Source of the DNA: a virus | Lineage: Duplodnaviria > Caudoviricetes | IMG/VR virus record: IMGVR_UViG_3300020577_002776 | Span: 4,697-68,696 of that record | Reading direction: 5' to 3' (one strand) | DNA length: 64,000 bases | Shown here: positions 43,476 to 53,571 of the stretch, piece by piece | Position numbering within the stretch: position 1 is the stretch's first letter | Layout of the letters: each line of letters begins with the position of its first letter | Made by a program: the position numbers and the translations under genes | Notes under the pieces: model-generated | Told to the model about the DNA's origin: nothing | What the model saw: the letters and a program-made list of their open reading frames with translations, nothing else | Databases searched by the model: none

Positions 43476-44666
43476 CTACACCGTCACAATCGTCACATCA
43501 GCCGCCAAGCAGGTGGCAATCTCATTGAACGCAATGCTCAAGTCCGCCGGGGTCTGGGCAGCAGGCTGAATAGCCGTCGTGATTCCGGCGACCTCATAGG
43601 TCAGGGAATCAGGGGCTCCATTCAACTGAGCAGGCAGATAGAGCCGAGACAGCATCACATCACCGCCGATACCCAAGCCATTCACGTAAGCCGCCACCGC
43701 ATCCTTGATCGCCGTCCCAATCACCGTGGTGTAGTTGTTGATCGGGTGGATGGTCACGGTGATGGCCACCGCTTTCGGAGTGGGCACGAAGTAGCGAATA
43801 GTTTGCGCAGCCCCGGTGACGTCGGTCAAGGGAATAGCCGTCGTGCCATGCGTGTAGGTGCCCGGCGTCTTCTTGTTCATGATGGCCGTAGCAATCTCCA
43901 GGGAGTCACCACCTTGCACCACCAGCGCAATCGAGTGCGGGGGTAATCCGTTGAAGTCCGTAGCCCCGGTATCATTCTCGTAAGCCGCGACCAGTGATAC
44001 CCCGGCCACGCTTTCTACAGCCCCTACTGTGCCCGCCAGGACCGTGAGGGATGGCAGGGCAACGGATGTCTTCTGGCGCTGGCGCAGGGCCGCATCCGTT
44101 TCAACTGGGTTGCCGGGGCTTGCTGCTGACGGATTGGTGACCGATTGCCAGCCCAGTATCGGGGTCATGATATTGGTGATGGTCCCGGCGCTGGCAGCAA
44201 TGGCCCCCAACTCTTGAGCAGTGGCAGTGACCGTGATAGCCCCGGCCAGTGGGATGGTCACGCTAGCGGGGAGGTCCCACAGATTCTGATTGCCATCCCG
44301 CACTACCCCGTTGTTGATCACGGTGCCAACGGTCCCGGTGATCGTCAGGTTGACCTGTGAGGCCGAGGCCACCAAGCGCGCAATGCCGTTTATTTTGACC
44401 TGATTACTCAGGGCTACCCCTTGGGCAGTCTGCGGCGAGTAGGCGTTATAAACGCTGATCGTTGCTTGATTGGCGTCATGGACGGCCCGCGCAAAGACAG
44501 CAAGCAGTTGCCCGTCCTGGCTATCCGCTTCCAGGTAGGCGTCCGAGCCGTAGATACTCCGGAAGCTCGCTTGCAAGGATAGCAGAATGTCGTTGTAGCT
44601 GGGGGCACTAATCCCCGTGCTGGTGATCGTAGCAGCCAGCGTTGCCAGTGGGTATGAAAGTGGCAT
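43476..44666 (-). CDS. Baseplate J-like protein
   Basis: TGI.AP.Y.DIL..L, DSQDGQ, TA.G..L...VKING, ETDAALR.R, EN.TG.TD.NGLP.HSI. Confidence 0.9.
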   Translation of the reverse strand: MPLSYPLATLAATITSTGISAPSYNDILLSLQASFRSIYGSDAYLEADSQDGQLLAVFARAVHDANQATISVYNAYSPQTAQGVALSNQVKINGIARLVASASQVNLTITGTVGTVINNGVVRDGNQNLWDLPASVTIPLAGAITVTATAQELGAIAASAGTITNIMTPILGWQSVTNPSAASPGNPVETDAALRQRQKTSVALPSLTVLAGTVGAVESVAGVSLVAAYENDTGATDFNGLPPHSIALVVQGGDSLEIATAIMNKKTPGTYTHGTTAIPLTDVTGAAQTIRYFVPTPKAVAITVTIHPINNYTTVIGTAIKDAVAAYVNGLGIGGDVMLSRLYLPAQLNGAPDSLTYEVAGITTAIQPAAQTPADLSIAFNEIATCLAADVTIVTV

Positions 44667-45007
44667 TAGAAGATCCCCGTTATAGTGGTGGCACCGTAAA
44701 TGGTGTCAATCGTGGCGGTCACTGAGAAGCTGCGGCTGTCAACCGTGCTGCTGTATTGCGTGATGGCCTTCACTCCCGGCGTGCCCAAGATGCGTTCCTG
44801 CACTTCAGCATCCCGGGTCGCCACCGTATTCACCCCCAAAATGTTGTGCAGGTTTAAGCCTTCCGCCGAGTTCAAGAACCACTCACCGGCAAAGAGTTTG
44901 AGCCGGGTCAGAGCAGCCTGTGCCACGGCCACCGGGGAATCCTGCAAGAAGGCTTCCCGCTTGCCAAAGACGTAGTCCCCGGTCGGGGATAGAGCACGGT
45001 AACGCAT
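44666..45007 (-). CDS. Baseplate wedge/sheath initiator (gp25/W-like)
   Basis: MRYRAL...GDY.FG...AVAQA..TRL.L..GEWFL. Confidence 0.85.
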   Translation of the reverse strand: MRYRALSPTGDYVFGKREAFLQDSPVAVAQAALTRLKLFAGEWFLNSAEGLNLHNILGVNTVATRDAEVQERILGTPGVKAITQYSSTVDSRSFSVTATIDTIYGATTITGIF

Positions 45008-45016
45008 GGGGCCTCC

Positions 45017-45568
45017 TTAGCCGCGGAACAGCTTGACGTCAGTGATTGCGAATTCCCAAGGGCCAGAGCCTGGCTCGTCAAAGACGTGCCCAGTGAAGAT
45101 GCTATTCTTCGCCGGATCAAACAGAATGTTGGGGTCTGAGACGATACCACTGTCATAAATCAGACCGTCAGCCTCCGTGCTAACGCGGAACTGGACGGTC
45201 TGCTGGCTTCGGTCCTGGGGCACGGTTGAGATAAACTCAATGTCGTATGTCACGCCATCCAGCATTTCAGGCACGCCGGGCGCCCCATCCAGCAGGTAGT
45301 TACCGGGGGGCACGCCATTGAACCAGGTCTCTATCCGGATGGATGGCACGGTTTGTTGCGTGTAGGTGCGGCCAAAGATCAGACCAACTCCCCACACGGC
45401 TGTTTCCCAAGCATCAATATCACCCCGCATGACAAGGGCGAAATGCCCAGACATAGGGGGCACTGAATTCTGCTGGAAGTAGTCGGTGCTTTTGAGCTTG
45501 AAAGTCACCCGGTAGTTCTCGTACCAGTGATCAGGCAAGCGGAGGATTTCAAGGCGTGGTGGTGTCAT
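45017..45568 (-). CDS. Beta-rich hypothetical protein inserted in the baseplate operon
   Basis: ATG at 45568, just after the spike gene stop; aromatic beta-strand pattern. Confidence 0.6.
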   Translation of the reverse strand: MTPPRLEILRLPDHWYENYRVTFKLKSTDYFQQNSVPPMSGHFALVMRGDIDAWETAVWGVGLIFGRTYTQQTVPSIRIETWFNGVPPGNYLLDGAPGVPEMLDGVTYDIEFISTVPQDRSQQTVQFRVSTEADGLIYDSGIVSDPNILFDPAKNSIFTGHVFDEPGSGPWEFAITDVKLFRG

Positions 45569-45572
45569 GGTG

Positions 45573-46274
45573 TTAGTTATATGAAAAGACAGCGTCTTGG
45601 CCGGAGATACTTGGGACCGGCGTACCTGAAACGCCAGGACCAGGAGACACATTAAGATGCTGATGCTCCATGTAGGGAATTCCATTGATGACCAACTTTC
45701 CGTAAATGTTGATGGTAGGGGCAGTGATGTCTACGGACAGGGCCTGGATATTGGCTTTGGCCGGGGTCATCACATCGACGTCATGACTGCTGGGGTCAAT
45801 CCGCAGATAGGCCTCACCGTCATCTGTTCGCAGCTCAACGCAACTCGTGTTGATGTTGCTCTGCACCTTGGGCTGGCTGGTAATTCCCGGCAAGCAGAAG
45901 CCATCACTCAGGTCCATCATGCGGAATTCAGCCTGAATGGATACCTGCCCAGATTGCCACCACTGATCAATGCAGCGGTTAGCGAAAACCACCAAGCATT
46001 CGTCCCCAGCCTGGAGGGGGAAGGTCAATACGCAGCCACCCCCACCTGGGAAGAATACCGGACAATCGACCAGCAAGGGCAGGTCCGTCCACTCCTTCGA
46101 GCCATCCGGCTTTTGCCACTGCATTTGAATGGCTGGCTGAATGGTGCAGGTCCGGTCCGAGGGATTGAACTCTTTGATGATGCCGGGCGTGGCCGTCCAC
46201 AGCTCTGACTTCAATCCCTGCATCGCCGCAAGTAGGGCAGTTACCGGGGAGGCCCCCCGTTCTCGTCGATCCAT
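45573..46274 (-). CDS. Baseplate central spike
   Basis: PGII..F...TCT.QPA, P.L.D.PV.FP.GGG, GDECL.VF..RCID.WW, HQH tip motif. Confidence 0.88.
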   Translation of the reverse strand: MDRRERGASPVTALLAAMQGLKSELWTATPGIIKEFNPSDRTCTIQPAIQMQWQKPDGSKEWTDLPLLVDCPVFFPGGGGCVLTFPLQAGDECLVVFANRCIDQWWQSGQVSIQAEFRMMDLSDGFCLPGITSQPKVQSNINTSCVELRTDDGEAYLRIDPSSHDVDVMTPAKANIQALSVDITAPTINIYGKLVINGIPYMEHQHLNVSPGPGVSGTPVPSISGQDAVFSYN

Positions 46275-46285
46275 TTTTATTTCTC

Positions 46286-47230
46286 CTATCCGTATGCCTT
46301 GCAGGTCATGGTCACAGGATCAATACTGAGCAGCGTCAATTCTGCATAGTAAGGCTGGCCCCGCGTATCACCTTCATATTCAATCACGTAGACCCGGTAA
46401 AGGCCGTCCGCTTGCAGGTCTGCCATCATCTGGAGCCCGGCCCATTGGTTGTAGGGCACCATGGCTCCCCACGGATCCTGATTCAAGGTCTGATTGATTG
46501 AGCGGTTGTCAATTTGCACCAGCCCGCCAACCTGAATCCGTGGGTTGATCAGGCATTTTGCTTGGATGCCGTTCTGGGTCTGCTCTGGGCGTCCCACAAG
46601 CCCTGTCTGGCCGTTTAGGACGACCGCTTCGCCGGGAAGGTAGCCGGTGAGTGGGGTGACCTGAACTTTGCCGTCCTGAATGCTCCAGGTGGCCCCAATG
46701 CTCTGCGCCGTCATCCGGATGGAAGCACGAGCCAGGCCGAACAAGACCTTACCCCGCGGCAGGATCCCCCCAGTGGATGGAATCTGCAAATCCCCCGGCG
46801 TCACCCCATAGGCCCCCATGGCTGCAATCGCCGCACGAACTCGCTGCTCGTTGCTACTGCCCCGGCCCAAGGTATCGTGCATCATGGCGAAGTTGTAAGC
46901 CTCGTCGCCATCAGCGCAGAGCAAATCCAGGTAGGTATCGGTGGTGCCTTCTCGGCCGATCCGGAATTGCCGGATGTTGCCTTTGAAGATCACCCCGAAG
47001 TTATCACCATAGCCCGCTTGCAGAATGACCTGATCAAACTCCTTGCGGACATTGGTCACCGTAGCCGGGTTCAAGTTATAGACCCGGATCATCGCGTTGT
47101 TAGGGCTCTCCTCGTCATCAGATTCCACCCGGAAGCGGAAGCGAAGCTCAGACAGGTCCAGCACGTTATCTGCGCTGGTCAGCATCAAGGAGGCCCGGCG
47201 CCCAAACAGGTAATCGTTGGTTTCTGTCAT
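46286..47230 (-). CDS. Baseplate hub
   Basis: I..YNL...T...L.AGY..N.G.IF.G.I...D.DEAY, RGKV.FG, WSIQDG, G.PEQT. Confidence 0.85.
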   Translation of the reverse strand: MTETNDYLFGRRASLMLTSADNVLDLSELRFRFRVESDDEESPNNAMIRVYNLNPATVTNVRKEFDQVILQAGYGDNFGVIFKGNIRQFRIGREGTTDTYLDLLCADGDEAYNFAMMHDTLGRGSSNEQRVRAAIAAMGAYGVTPGDLQIPSTGGILPRGKVLFGLARASIRMTAQSIGATWSIQDGKVQVTPLTGYLPGEAVVLNGQTGLVGRPEQTQNGIQAKCLINPRIQVGGLVQIDNRSINQTLNQDPWGAMVPYNQWAGLQMMADLQADGLYRVYVIEYEGDTRGQPYYAELTLLSIDPVTMTCKAYG

Positions 47231-47541
47231 TACGTCACCACGAAGAAAACGTGCCCAGTGGTGCCCAGATTGGCATACGTAGGCACGGCATCAGGATCGG
47301 TATCAGTCTGAACCACCAAGGCCCCGGTGAACCCCAGGTAGTCGTATGGGGCCAGCAGGTTGAGCCCCGTGATGACCGGGATACCCTGCACTATTGGGCT
47401 TCCAGCAGAATCAGCAACATCAAGCATCCAGGAGCTGGATTGCTTATTCCAGTAGAAGTTAAGCCGGTAGGTCACGCCACCGAGTTCGATGGACATGACC
47501 TGGGCCTTGCTGCTCAAGGGAATTTCATAAACCGTTGGCAT
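47230..47541 (-). CDS. Baseplate protein
   Basis: EIPLS...I.LGG..Y.L...WN...W.LD...P...GIP..TG..LL. Confidence 0.75.
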   Translation of the reverse strand: MPTVYEIPLSSKAQVMSIELGGVTYRLNFYWNKQSSSWMLDVADSAGSPIVQGIPVITGLNLLAPYDYLGFTGALVVQTDTDPDAVPTYANLGTTGHVFFVVT

Positions 47542-47550
47542 GGTGCCTCC

Positions 47551-48177
47551 TTAGGCGAGAGCAGAATCCATCGCCCCCGCGTTGTAGTATGGGTTGCCCG
47601 ACAATTGCTGGGTCCCCTGATTGGTCGTTGGATTGGTCAAGTCCGGGCTGGCTTGCTGGGAGGCTGGCACCGTGTTCTGGATAATGCGGGTTGCCACCAG
47701 AATCACCTGCTTGAACGTGGCGGTCACGACCAAGGTGTTTTCATTCTGGCGGTTGGTCGCAGTCACCAGCTTTTTAATCAGCATGTTAGTGTACGACCGC
47801 TTGCCAGTGTTGATGGTCAGAAGCTCCCGATTCGATTGCATTTCCAGCAACTGGTCGTAAATCTTCTTGACCTGCTCAACCCCGCTACCTGCCAAGAGTG
47901 ACGGCGGGATGATGGTGACGAGACCCAGCAACCCATCCTGGCTCCGGCTATTACTGAGACCAAAATTCAACACCACTTCAGCGGGCTTCTTGAAGGCGTG
48001 ATCCGTGATGCTGGCCCCCTGCTCAATCGGATGCTCCGTGATCTCCAAGTCATCCGTGTGGGTTTCCTCGAAGGTCGCGTAGCCGGTGATGGAGCCGATA
48101 TTGCGATTGGGCTTTACGGACACCAAGCCAGACCCAAGGTTGCTGTTCGTTAAAAATCCAACTGGTATATTCATCAC
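47551..48177 (-). CDS. Tail tube initiator/Dit-like protein
   Basis: EE.H.D.LEITEHP.EQGA.I.DHA.K.P, TGKR.Y.NML. Confidence 0.8.
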   Translation of the reverse strand: MMNIPVGFLTNSNLGSGLVSVKPNRNIGSITGYATFEETHTDDLEITEHPIEQGASITDHAFKKPAEVVLNFGLSNSRSQDGLLGLVTIIPPSLLAGSGVEQVKKIYDQLLEMQSNRELLTINTGKRSYTNMLIKKLVTATNRQNENTLVVTATFKQVILVATRIIQNTVPASQQASPDLTNPTTNQGTQQLSGNPYYNAGAMDSALA

Positions 48178-49958
48178 TGCACCCTTGTAGTCATTTGCCG
48201 AACAATATCCTTGTTGCTGACGGCCATGGCATCAGCCACCATCCGGCTGGCCTCCTCAGGCTGCTGGACCCCGGTGATGGTGATGTTGTTGGTCTGATTC
48301 AAGCTGGTAGCGGCGCCCCCCGTCGTCTTGGCAACGTACCCTTGGGTTTCTTGCGGCAAGACTCCCAGTGGCAGCTCGGAGACGCCGACCCCGGCCCGCT
48401 TCGCCGCTTTGTCAAGGTTGCCCTGTCCAAAGTTATAAGCAGCAGCAGCCAAACCAATATCACCACCGTACTGCTTCAAGAGCCCGGCATACTTGCGAGC
48501 GGCCGCGTCAGCCGATTTCTCGAAGTCGTCAGGATCATCCAGACCAAACTCCTTGGCCGTCTTAGGCATGAACTGGAAATGACCGCGGGCGCCAGCTTTG
48601 GAGAGCATGTTCCTCCCCCGCCCGGATTCCGCGTGCCAGACCCGATCCAAAAGCCCGGCAGGCAATCCGTACTTCTTCTCCAGTGCTGCCAGCTTGGTAG
48701 CTGCATTTGCCGGGGCTCCTACGGGGCTAGGAGCGCTTGAAGCCGGTGGGGTGGGGGCAGTGGTAGGGCTTGGGGCGTTTTGGCCCCCCAGATGCTCAGG
48801 AGCCATGGCCCGGCGCTTGGCCAGTTCCGCCTCCTCGTTGGCATTCAATTCCCCAGAGTGGAAAAGCAACCCGGTCCCCACGCTCCCTTTCAGGAACTTG
48901 GCACCAAACCCAATAGCACGAGCCAGTAATCCGCCCCCTGCTGCCGCTCCCCCGGCTGCGGCTGCTCCAGCCCCGGCAGCAGCACCGCCCGCAGCGGCCC
49001 CACCACCAGCAGCCAGTGCAGCCCCGGCCCCTACGAGCTGAATGACCGCAGCGGCCAGACTCAGGACCCCACCAATGATGCCAGACAAGGAGATTGCTGC
49101 AATACCTACCAGGATGCCTTTGAAGCCCCCCAAAGCCGATACAACGGAATCCACCTTTTTACCTACGTTGGCCCAATCGACGGAGGCCAACCACTTGGCC
49201 ATGGATTCGATACCATCCGCAATCGCTTTGACAATCTCGTCAGCATGAAGCAGCAACCACTGCTCAAAGCGCTCAATCATGGGCAGGAGCACTGGCATCA
49301 GCTTAACGCCGATACTCGTGGCAAGCAGACTGAACTCTGCCTGTAGGTCACGAATCTTGTTGGCGAACTGGACAGATTGCTCCGCCGCTTCGTCCGGGCT
49401 CAGTCCGAACTTCTTCAGCAGCGTTGCGTATTTCTCCTGGGCTGCTTTCAGCTTGGGCAGGCCCTGTTCCAACATCAACAAGGTATCAGGATCAATACCA
49501 AAGATTTGCGCGTACTTGGCCGCTACGAAGGGGGCCATCGCTGACAAGCGACCGATCAGCTCTTCGAACATCTTGGCCGGGTCAGTGGCCGTGACCCCCA
49601 AGCTCCGCAGCAGGCCATGGGTGCCGGGGTTCAGGCGCAAGGTCCGGGTGAAGTTTTCCAGAGCCCCCTGTGCCTGCTCCGCAGTCAGGCCAATCTGCCC
49701 GGCTGCGTAGCGGAGACTCATGAGGCTTTTGACCGTGGTCCCCGTGCGCTGGCTGGCGTAATACAGCTTCTCCATCTGGACCGCTACCAGCTCGGTGCCA
49801 GTCACGATCGCAGTGGCGGTTCCAACCACGGCCATGCCCAGAGTTTTGACGCCCTTGCTAATCGTGCCTAGGGCTTTCTCCATCTTCTTGTAGCCAGCGG
49901 TATCAATCTGAAAACCTAGGGCTACCAGGTATTCCCGCAGGATAGATGCGTCAGCCAT
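48174..49958 (-). CDS. Tape measure protein with C-terminal lytic transglycosylase
   Basis: LREYLV.LGF start, helical body; YGLP...AESG...S.AGA.G.FQFMP, AAAYN.G. Confidence 0.88.
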   Translation of the reverse strand: MADASILREYLVALGFQIDTAGYKKMEKALGTISKGVKTLGMAVVGTATAIVTGTELVAVQMEKLYYASQRTGTTVKSLMSLRYAAGQIGLTAEQAQGALENFTRTLRLNPGTHGLLRSLGVTATDPAKMFEELIGRLSAMAPFVAAKYAQIFGIDPDTLLMLEQGLPKLKAAQEKYATLLKKFGLSPDEAAEQSVQFANKIRDLQAEFSLLATSIGVKLMPVLLPMIERFEQWLLLHADEIVKAIADGIESMAKWLASVDWANVGKKVDSVVSALGGFKGILVGIAAISLSGIIGGVLSLAAAVIQLVGAGAALAAGGGAAAGGAAAGAGAAAAGGAAAGGGLLARAIGFGAKFLKGSVGTGLLFHSGELNANEEAELAKRRAMAPEHLGGQNAPSPTTAPTPPASSAPSPVGAPANAATKLAALEKKYGLPAGLLDRVWHAESGRGRNMLSKAGARGHFQFMPKTAKEFGLDDPDDFEKSADAAARKYAGLLKQYGGDIGLAAAAYNFGQGNLDKAAKRAGVGVSELPLGVLPQETQGYVAKTTGGAATSLNQTNNITITGVQQPEEASRMVADAMAVSNKDIVRQMTTRVQ

Positions 49959-50121
49959 GTTTTACCTCTTTCTGCTGTCGGGCTTGGTTCTCTTGCTCTA
50001 CGTCGATGGCCTCGTTTAGCAAAGCAATGAACTCCAAATCAACGCTGCCATCAATCAGACTCTCCCCACTGATCAGCTTGCGGAGGACTGGGCGAAATAC
50101 CCAGTCCTCCTGCTCACACAT
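49951..50121 (-). CDS. Tail assembly chaperone T segment (reached by -1 frameshift or from its own ATG)
   Basis: MCEQEDWVFRPV...DL..IALLNEAIDV; in the -1 frame of the upstream chaperone. Confidence 0.7.
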   Translation of the reverse strand: MCEQEDWVFRPVLRKLISGESLIDGSVDLEFIALLNEAIDVEQENQARQQKEVKHG

Positions 50122-50153
50122 GGCAACGTAATTGCCTGACGCTGTCGAGTTCG

Positions 50154-50570
50154 TTAGGAGCTTGGCAATTGCGTGCCGTCGCCAAGCCCCGCGAAAAAAC
50201 CCTGGAGATTCAAACGGACGACCTCAACCACCAAACGAATCATGGCCATCATGTCAATGTCCTCAAAGGCGAGGGCCTGACCTTGACTGATCTTGGCATA
50301 CCCAGAACCGGAGAGCCGGGTGACGGCGCCCAAGCACGTGAAGATCACGTAGTTGGAATCCTCGTCACTCATTTTCGCAAGCACTTCGCTTGCCTTCTCC
50401 ACGGCTTCCATAATACTCCCAGTACCACCCCCGTTTGCCGCGTCTTTCAACGATGCATAGGAGAGCCCCACCGCAGCCAGGGCTGGCATCAAGCGCCGGG
50501 TGATGTGGAATTGCTGGAGGGCATTGAGTTTGCCAATGCGATACTTCTGGTTGTTGATTTCGAGTTCCAT
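50154..50570 (-). CDS. Tail assembly chaperone G
   Basis: YRIGKLNA.QQFHI.RRL.P; between tube and tape measure genes; slippery G GGT TTT at 50202-50196. Confidence 0.8.
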   Translation of the reverse strand: MELEINNQKYRIGKLNALQQFHITRRLMPALAAVGLSYASLKDAANGGGTGSIMEAVEKASEVLAKMSDEDSNYVIFTCLGAVTRLSGSGYAKISQGQALAFEDIDMMAMIRLVVEVVRLNLQGFFAGLGDGTQLPSS

Positions 50571-50601
50571 TTTGTTTCTCCGAGAGTTTCAGGGTCGGCT
50601 A

Positions 50602-51057
50602 TTAGTTGGAGCCGGATCCAAAGGTGCGCTCAATCCGAATCGAATCAAACGCCCATTCCACTGTGCCACCATCCGTGGCGTAGGTCATGTCCGGGGCTTT
50701 GCTGAACGCCGTCTGGAAGCAGGTGATGACATCGCCACGATGCACGTCCGTGCCCACCAGTGTGTTCTGGCCATGGTTGGCAGAGTTGGCGGTCTGGAAG
50801 GCATACATAGCCGAGAGCAACGCATTGGTAGGCGAGGTCTTCAGCAGGCGCACTGTCACCTTGCCGGATTTGTCGGCGTGAAGCGAGTGCATGCCGGAGC
50901 CATCAGCACCGATCGTCATGGTATTGATTTCGCCGGTGGGGGCGAAGGTAATACCTTCTTCAGCAGCGCCAGCGCCATTGCCCAGACTGAAAGCCCCACC
51001 GGGGCCAACGATGGAGCAGTTGAAGTCAAGAAAGCTATAAGTTTGGGGGGAAGACAT
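50602..51057 (-). CDS. Tail tube protein (DUF3277-like)
   Basis: TYSF.D...I.GPGG...GAAEEGIT, GADG..MHSL, LLKTSP.N. Confidence 0.88.
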   Translation of the reverse strand: MSSPQTYSFLDFNCSIVGPGGAFSLGNGAGAAEEGITFAPTGEINTMTIGADGSGMHSLHADKSGKVTVRLLKTSPTNALLSAMYAFQTANSANHGQNTLVGTDVHRGDVITCFQTAFSKAPDMTYATDGGTVEWAFDSIRIERTFGSGSN

Positions 51058-51087
51058 GAATGCTTACTCCTTGATGGTTGGGTTGAA

Positions 51088-52575
51088 TTACTGGTTGACG
51101 TTCAGGAGCACGGCACTGTCGTGGATCGCGCCGGCCAGCTTGAGTGCCACTTGGATGGGCATTGCATGACGGGCGGTGCGGTCAGCCGGGTTCTGGACGT
51201 TGTAGCTGTTGCTGAAGACGTAGTAGCCTTTCTGCAAGAAATCACCCTGCTTCAGTTGACCAAAGCCTTGCGAGTTCCAAACGCCGGGCGCCACCATTCC
51301 GTTGGTCACGGCCTGGATACAGACGGCTTCCACTGTGGTGAGCAAGAGCTGCTGTCCTTGATCCGTTTGGGGGATCTTGGTCGGGCTAGTATAGAGCAGG
51401 TTGTAGAGCGAGTTCTGGATGGTGACCGCGGCCCAGTCAGTGCCCGTCACCACGTCAGTCCAGATACCGCTGGCGTTGATGCCTGGCTCCAGGATCGCAG
51501 TGCCATTGTCGTACTGCACGAAGATGTTGACGTTCTTGGCTTCGGCCGCTTGGGCTTGGCTCAGGGTCAAGTTCTCGTAGACCACGCCTGGCTCTTGCTT
51601 GAACTTCAACGTGATCACCGTATTGTTGGCGTTGTAGTTCGTGGTCAGGATCCGGGCCATGGCCGACAAGCACGCATAGGGATTCTGCGAGCTGTATTGC
51701 GTGAAGCTGCGGTTGTAGCCCAGAGCCTTGAGCAGGTAGCCCACGTCAGTGGTGGCGTTGGCACTCAGGGTATTGGCGTCACTGGTGGTCAATGCATACA
51801 TGTGCTTGTTGCCAGAACCTTCAATGAAGCCGGCCACTGCGGTGTGATCCGAGGATGCCGAAATTCCTGGGATGCACAAGCCATACCACTTCTGACCAAT
51901 CAGATTGTCGAAGATCGCCACTGCATCCAACGGAGTCTCCAGGGCCTGACCAGTGAACAGGTAGGCGCCGCCGGAGGTCGAGCGGCCAGCCAGCATAGCC
52001 GAAATGTCCGTGCCTGAACCAGCAGCCGTAAGGAAGCTGATACTGGAGGTAGCCCCAGTCGTGTTGCTGGTGATCTCGAAGCGGCTCAAGGTGGAATTCC
52101 AGATCACCGTGGTGCCGGCCAGAGCCGTCTGGATGATCGACGCCACTCCGTTCAAGCTCAAGGCGGCACTGAAGTTCAACGCACTCACTGTGGTCACTGC
52201 AGCACCGTCAATCGACACTTTGAACGAACCAGTGGTGATGGCAGTCCAAGTACTCAGGAGTTGCTGTGCGGTGGTCAGGAGGCCACAACGCAGGCCACCC
52301 TTGGAAGCAGCATTGACCCAGCGGCCAATCAGCAAAGCAGTGGGCTGTGGGGTCTGGCCGAACCAGACCTGCGCACCCAGATACTCAGCAGCAGAGGTGC
52401 CGAAGTCCAGGGCTACAGAAGCCAGGCTCCCGTAGCTGCGGTAACGCTCCGTGGTGTCGATGATTTCACTGGAGCCCAGCAGGAGCAGGTTGCTCAAGGA
52501 TTGGGCCTGGGCGCCGGAAGGGGTCAGGTTGACCGCTACGCTGACGATGCGGCTGGAGGGCAAAACATTGGTCAT
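51088..52575 (-). CDS. Contractile tail sheath (DUF3383-like)
   Basis: LP.SRIV.V.V..TP, FG....EY..A..WF.Q.P.P, TLKFKQ.PG, KIPQTD.G, ARH..PIQVA.KLAGAIH. Confidence 0.93.
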   Translation of the reverse strand: MTNVLPSSRIVSVAVNLTPSGAQAQSLSNLLLLGSSEIIDTTERYRSYGSLASVALDFGTSAAEYLGAQVWFGQTPQPTALLIGRWVNAASKGGLRCGLLTTAQQLLSTWTAITTGSFKVSIDGAAVTTVSALNFSAALSLNGVASIIQTALAGTTVIWNSTLSRFEITSNTTGATSSISFLTAAGSGTDISAMLAGRSTSGGAYLFTGQALETPLDAVAIFDNLIGQKWYGLCIPGISASSDHTAVAGFIEGSGNKHMYALTTSDANTLSANATTDVGYLLKALGYNRSFTQYSSQNPYACLSAMARILTTNYNANNTVITLKFKQEPGVVYENLTLSQAQAAEAKNVNIFVQYDNGTAILEPGINASGIWTDVVTGTDWAAVTIQNSLYNLLYTSPTKIPQTDQGQQLLLTTVEAVCIQAVTNGMVAPGVWNSQGFGQLKQGDFLQKGYYVFSNSYNVQNPADRTARHAMPIQVALKLAGAIHDSAVLLNVNQ

Positions 52576-52584
52576 GATGATTCC

Positions 52585-53178
52585 TTATGGAGAAACGGTG
52601 ATAGTGGTGGTAAAGGGATCGTCCGTGTTGACGATGACGGTGGCATCCGCAACGCTACGGATTGGGTAGGTGATAGTGTTCCGTCGAGCCCACCGACTTT
52701 TAATGTCGATGCGTTTGACGTACTTCTCCTTGAGCAAGGCGGGCAGATAAACGTACTTGCCCGGGTCAATCAGCTTGATGCCATATGACTGGAGAACTAC
52801 GCGATTCTGCTGGAGACTGATACCGGCACAAAACTGGCCCAGCACTGCTGCGCAGCCTGGGCCGTATGCCGATAGGTAGAGTTCCAGGAATTCATCCCGC
52901 TGGACTTCGTCAGAGCCATCAGTATCCACCAAGGGTTTGTGTGGTTCGTAGGTGAAGGTATCCTGAGCAATCGGGGCCACACTGAAGCTGATCCACGTCA
53001 CCATGAAATCCGGGTGGTTAGGTGGCTCCGGTTGGAAGCGAGGTCGGACCAGATCACCAGCAAGGCCCGTGATGCCCACGATAGCCCCTTGGAAAATATC
53101 CTCCAGGGCATCGTCGTAATTCGGCATAGTGCCAGTAGTGGGGACTAGGTAGCCCCCGGTGCTTGAGCTGTTCGGCAT
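52585..53178 (-). CDS. Tail terminator/completion protein
   Basis: N.S.TGGYL, VG.TGL.G.LVRPR.Q. Confidence 0.75.
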   Translation of the reverse strand: MPNSSSTGGYLVPTTGTMPNYDDALEDIFQGAIVGITGLAGDLVRPRFQPEPPNHPDFMVTWISFSVAPIAQDTFTYEPHKPLVDTDGSDEVQRDEFLELYLSAYGPGCAAVLGQFCAGISLQQNRVVLQSYGIKLIDPGKYVYLPALLKEKYVKRIDIKSRWARRNTITYPIRSVADATVIVNTDDPFTTTITVSP

Positions 53179-53187
53179 GGGTCCTCC

Positions 53188-53568
53188 TTATTGAGCGGCG
53201 TCAATGGCCGTCATGGATTCAGCAACCACTTCGTAGAAGCCAGCACCGAAGCGACTGTAGGGCAGCACGTGCGTGACGAGGTAAGCCGTACCGTTCCAAG
53301 TGATCAGGTCCGGCTGGGCCCCAGTCACAGCACCTTGGATCGGGGTCTGCGTGGCCACAAAGATGCGGCGGGGGACCATCTGTCCGCTCTCCAGGCGCAT
53401 CAAGCCAGCAGGCTCGTCCTGGGTCACCACCCCGTAGGCGGGGACCGGGGTTCCTGATCCTGGGGTGGTACGCCCATTGGTCCCGATGGTGTCGGCGCGC
53501 CGGGTGATGGTGAAGGTATCGCTTAGCTGGAAATCAGCAAGCAAAAAGGATACGTCAAGTTCAGGCAT
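53188..53568 (-). CDS. Head closure/stopper protein
   Basis: P.LDVS.LL...D.FT..R, PD.I.W.G..Y.V. Confidence 0.75.
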   Translation of the reverse strand: MPELDVSFLLADFQLSDTFTITRRADTIGTNGRTTPGSGTPVPAYGVVTQDEPAGLMRLESGQMVPRRIFVATQTPIQGAVTGAQPDLITWNGTAYLVTHVLPYSRFGAGFYEVVAESMTAIDAAQ

Positions 53569-53571
53569 TCA

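Noticed and set aside
45569-45685. Extended signal-like N-terminus of ORF 45017-45685
   Set aside because: It overlaps the spike gene; ATG 45568 directly after the spike stop is more parsimonious
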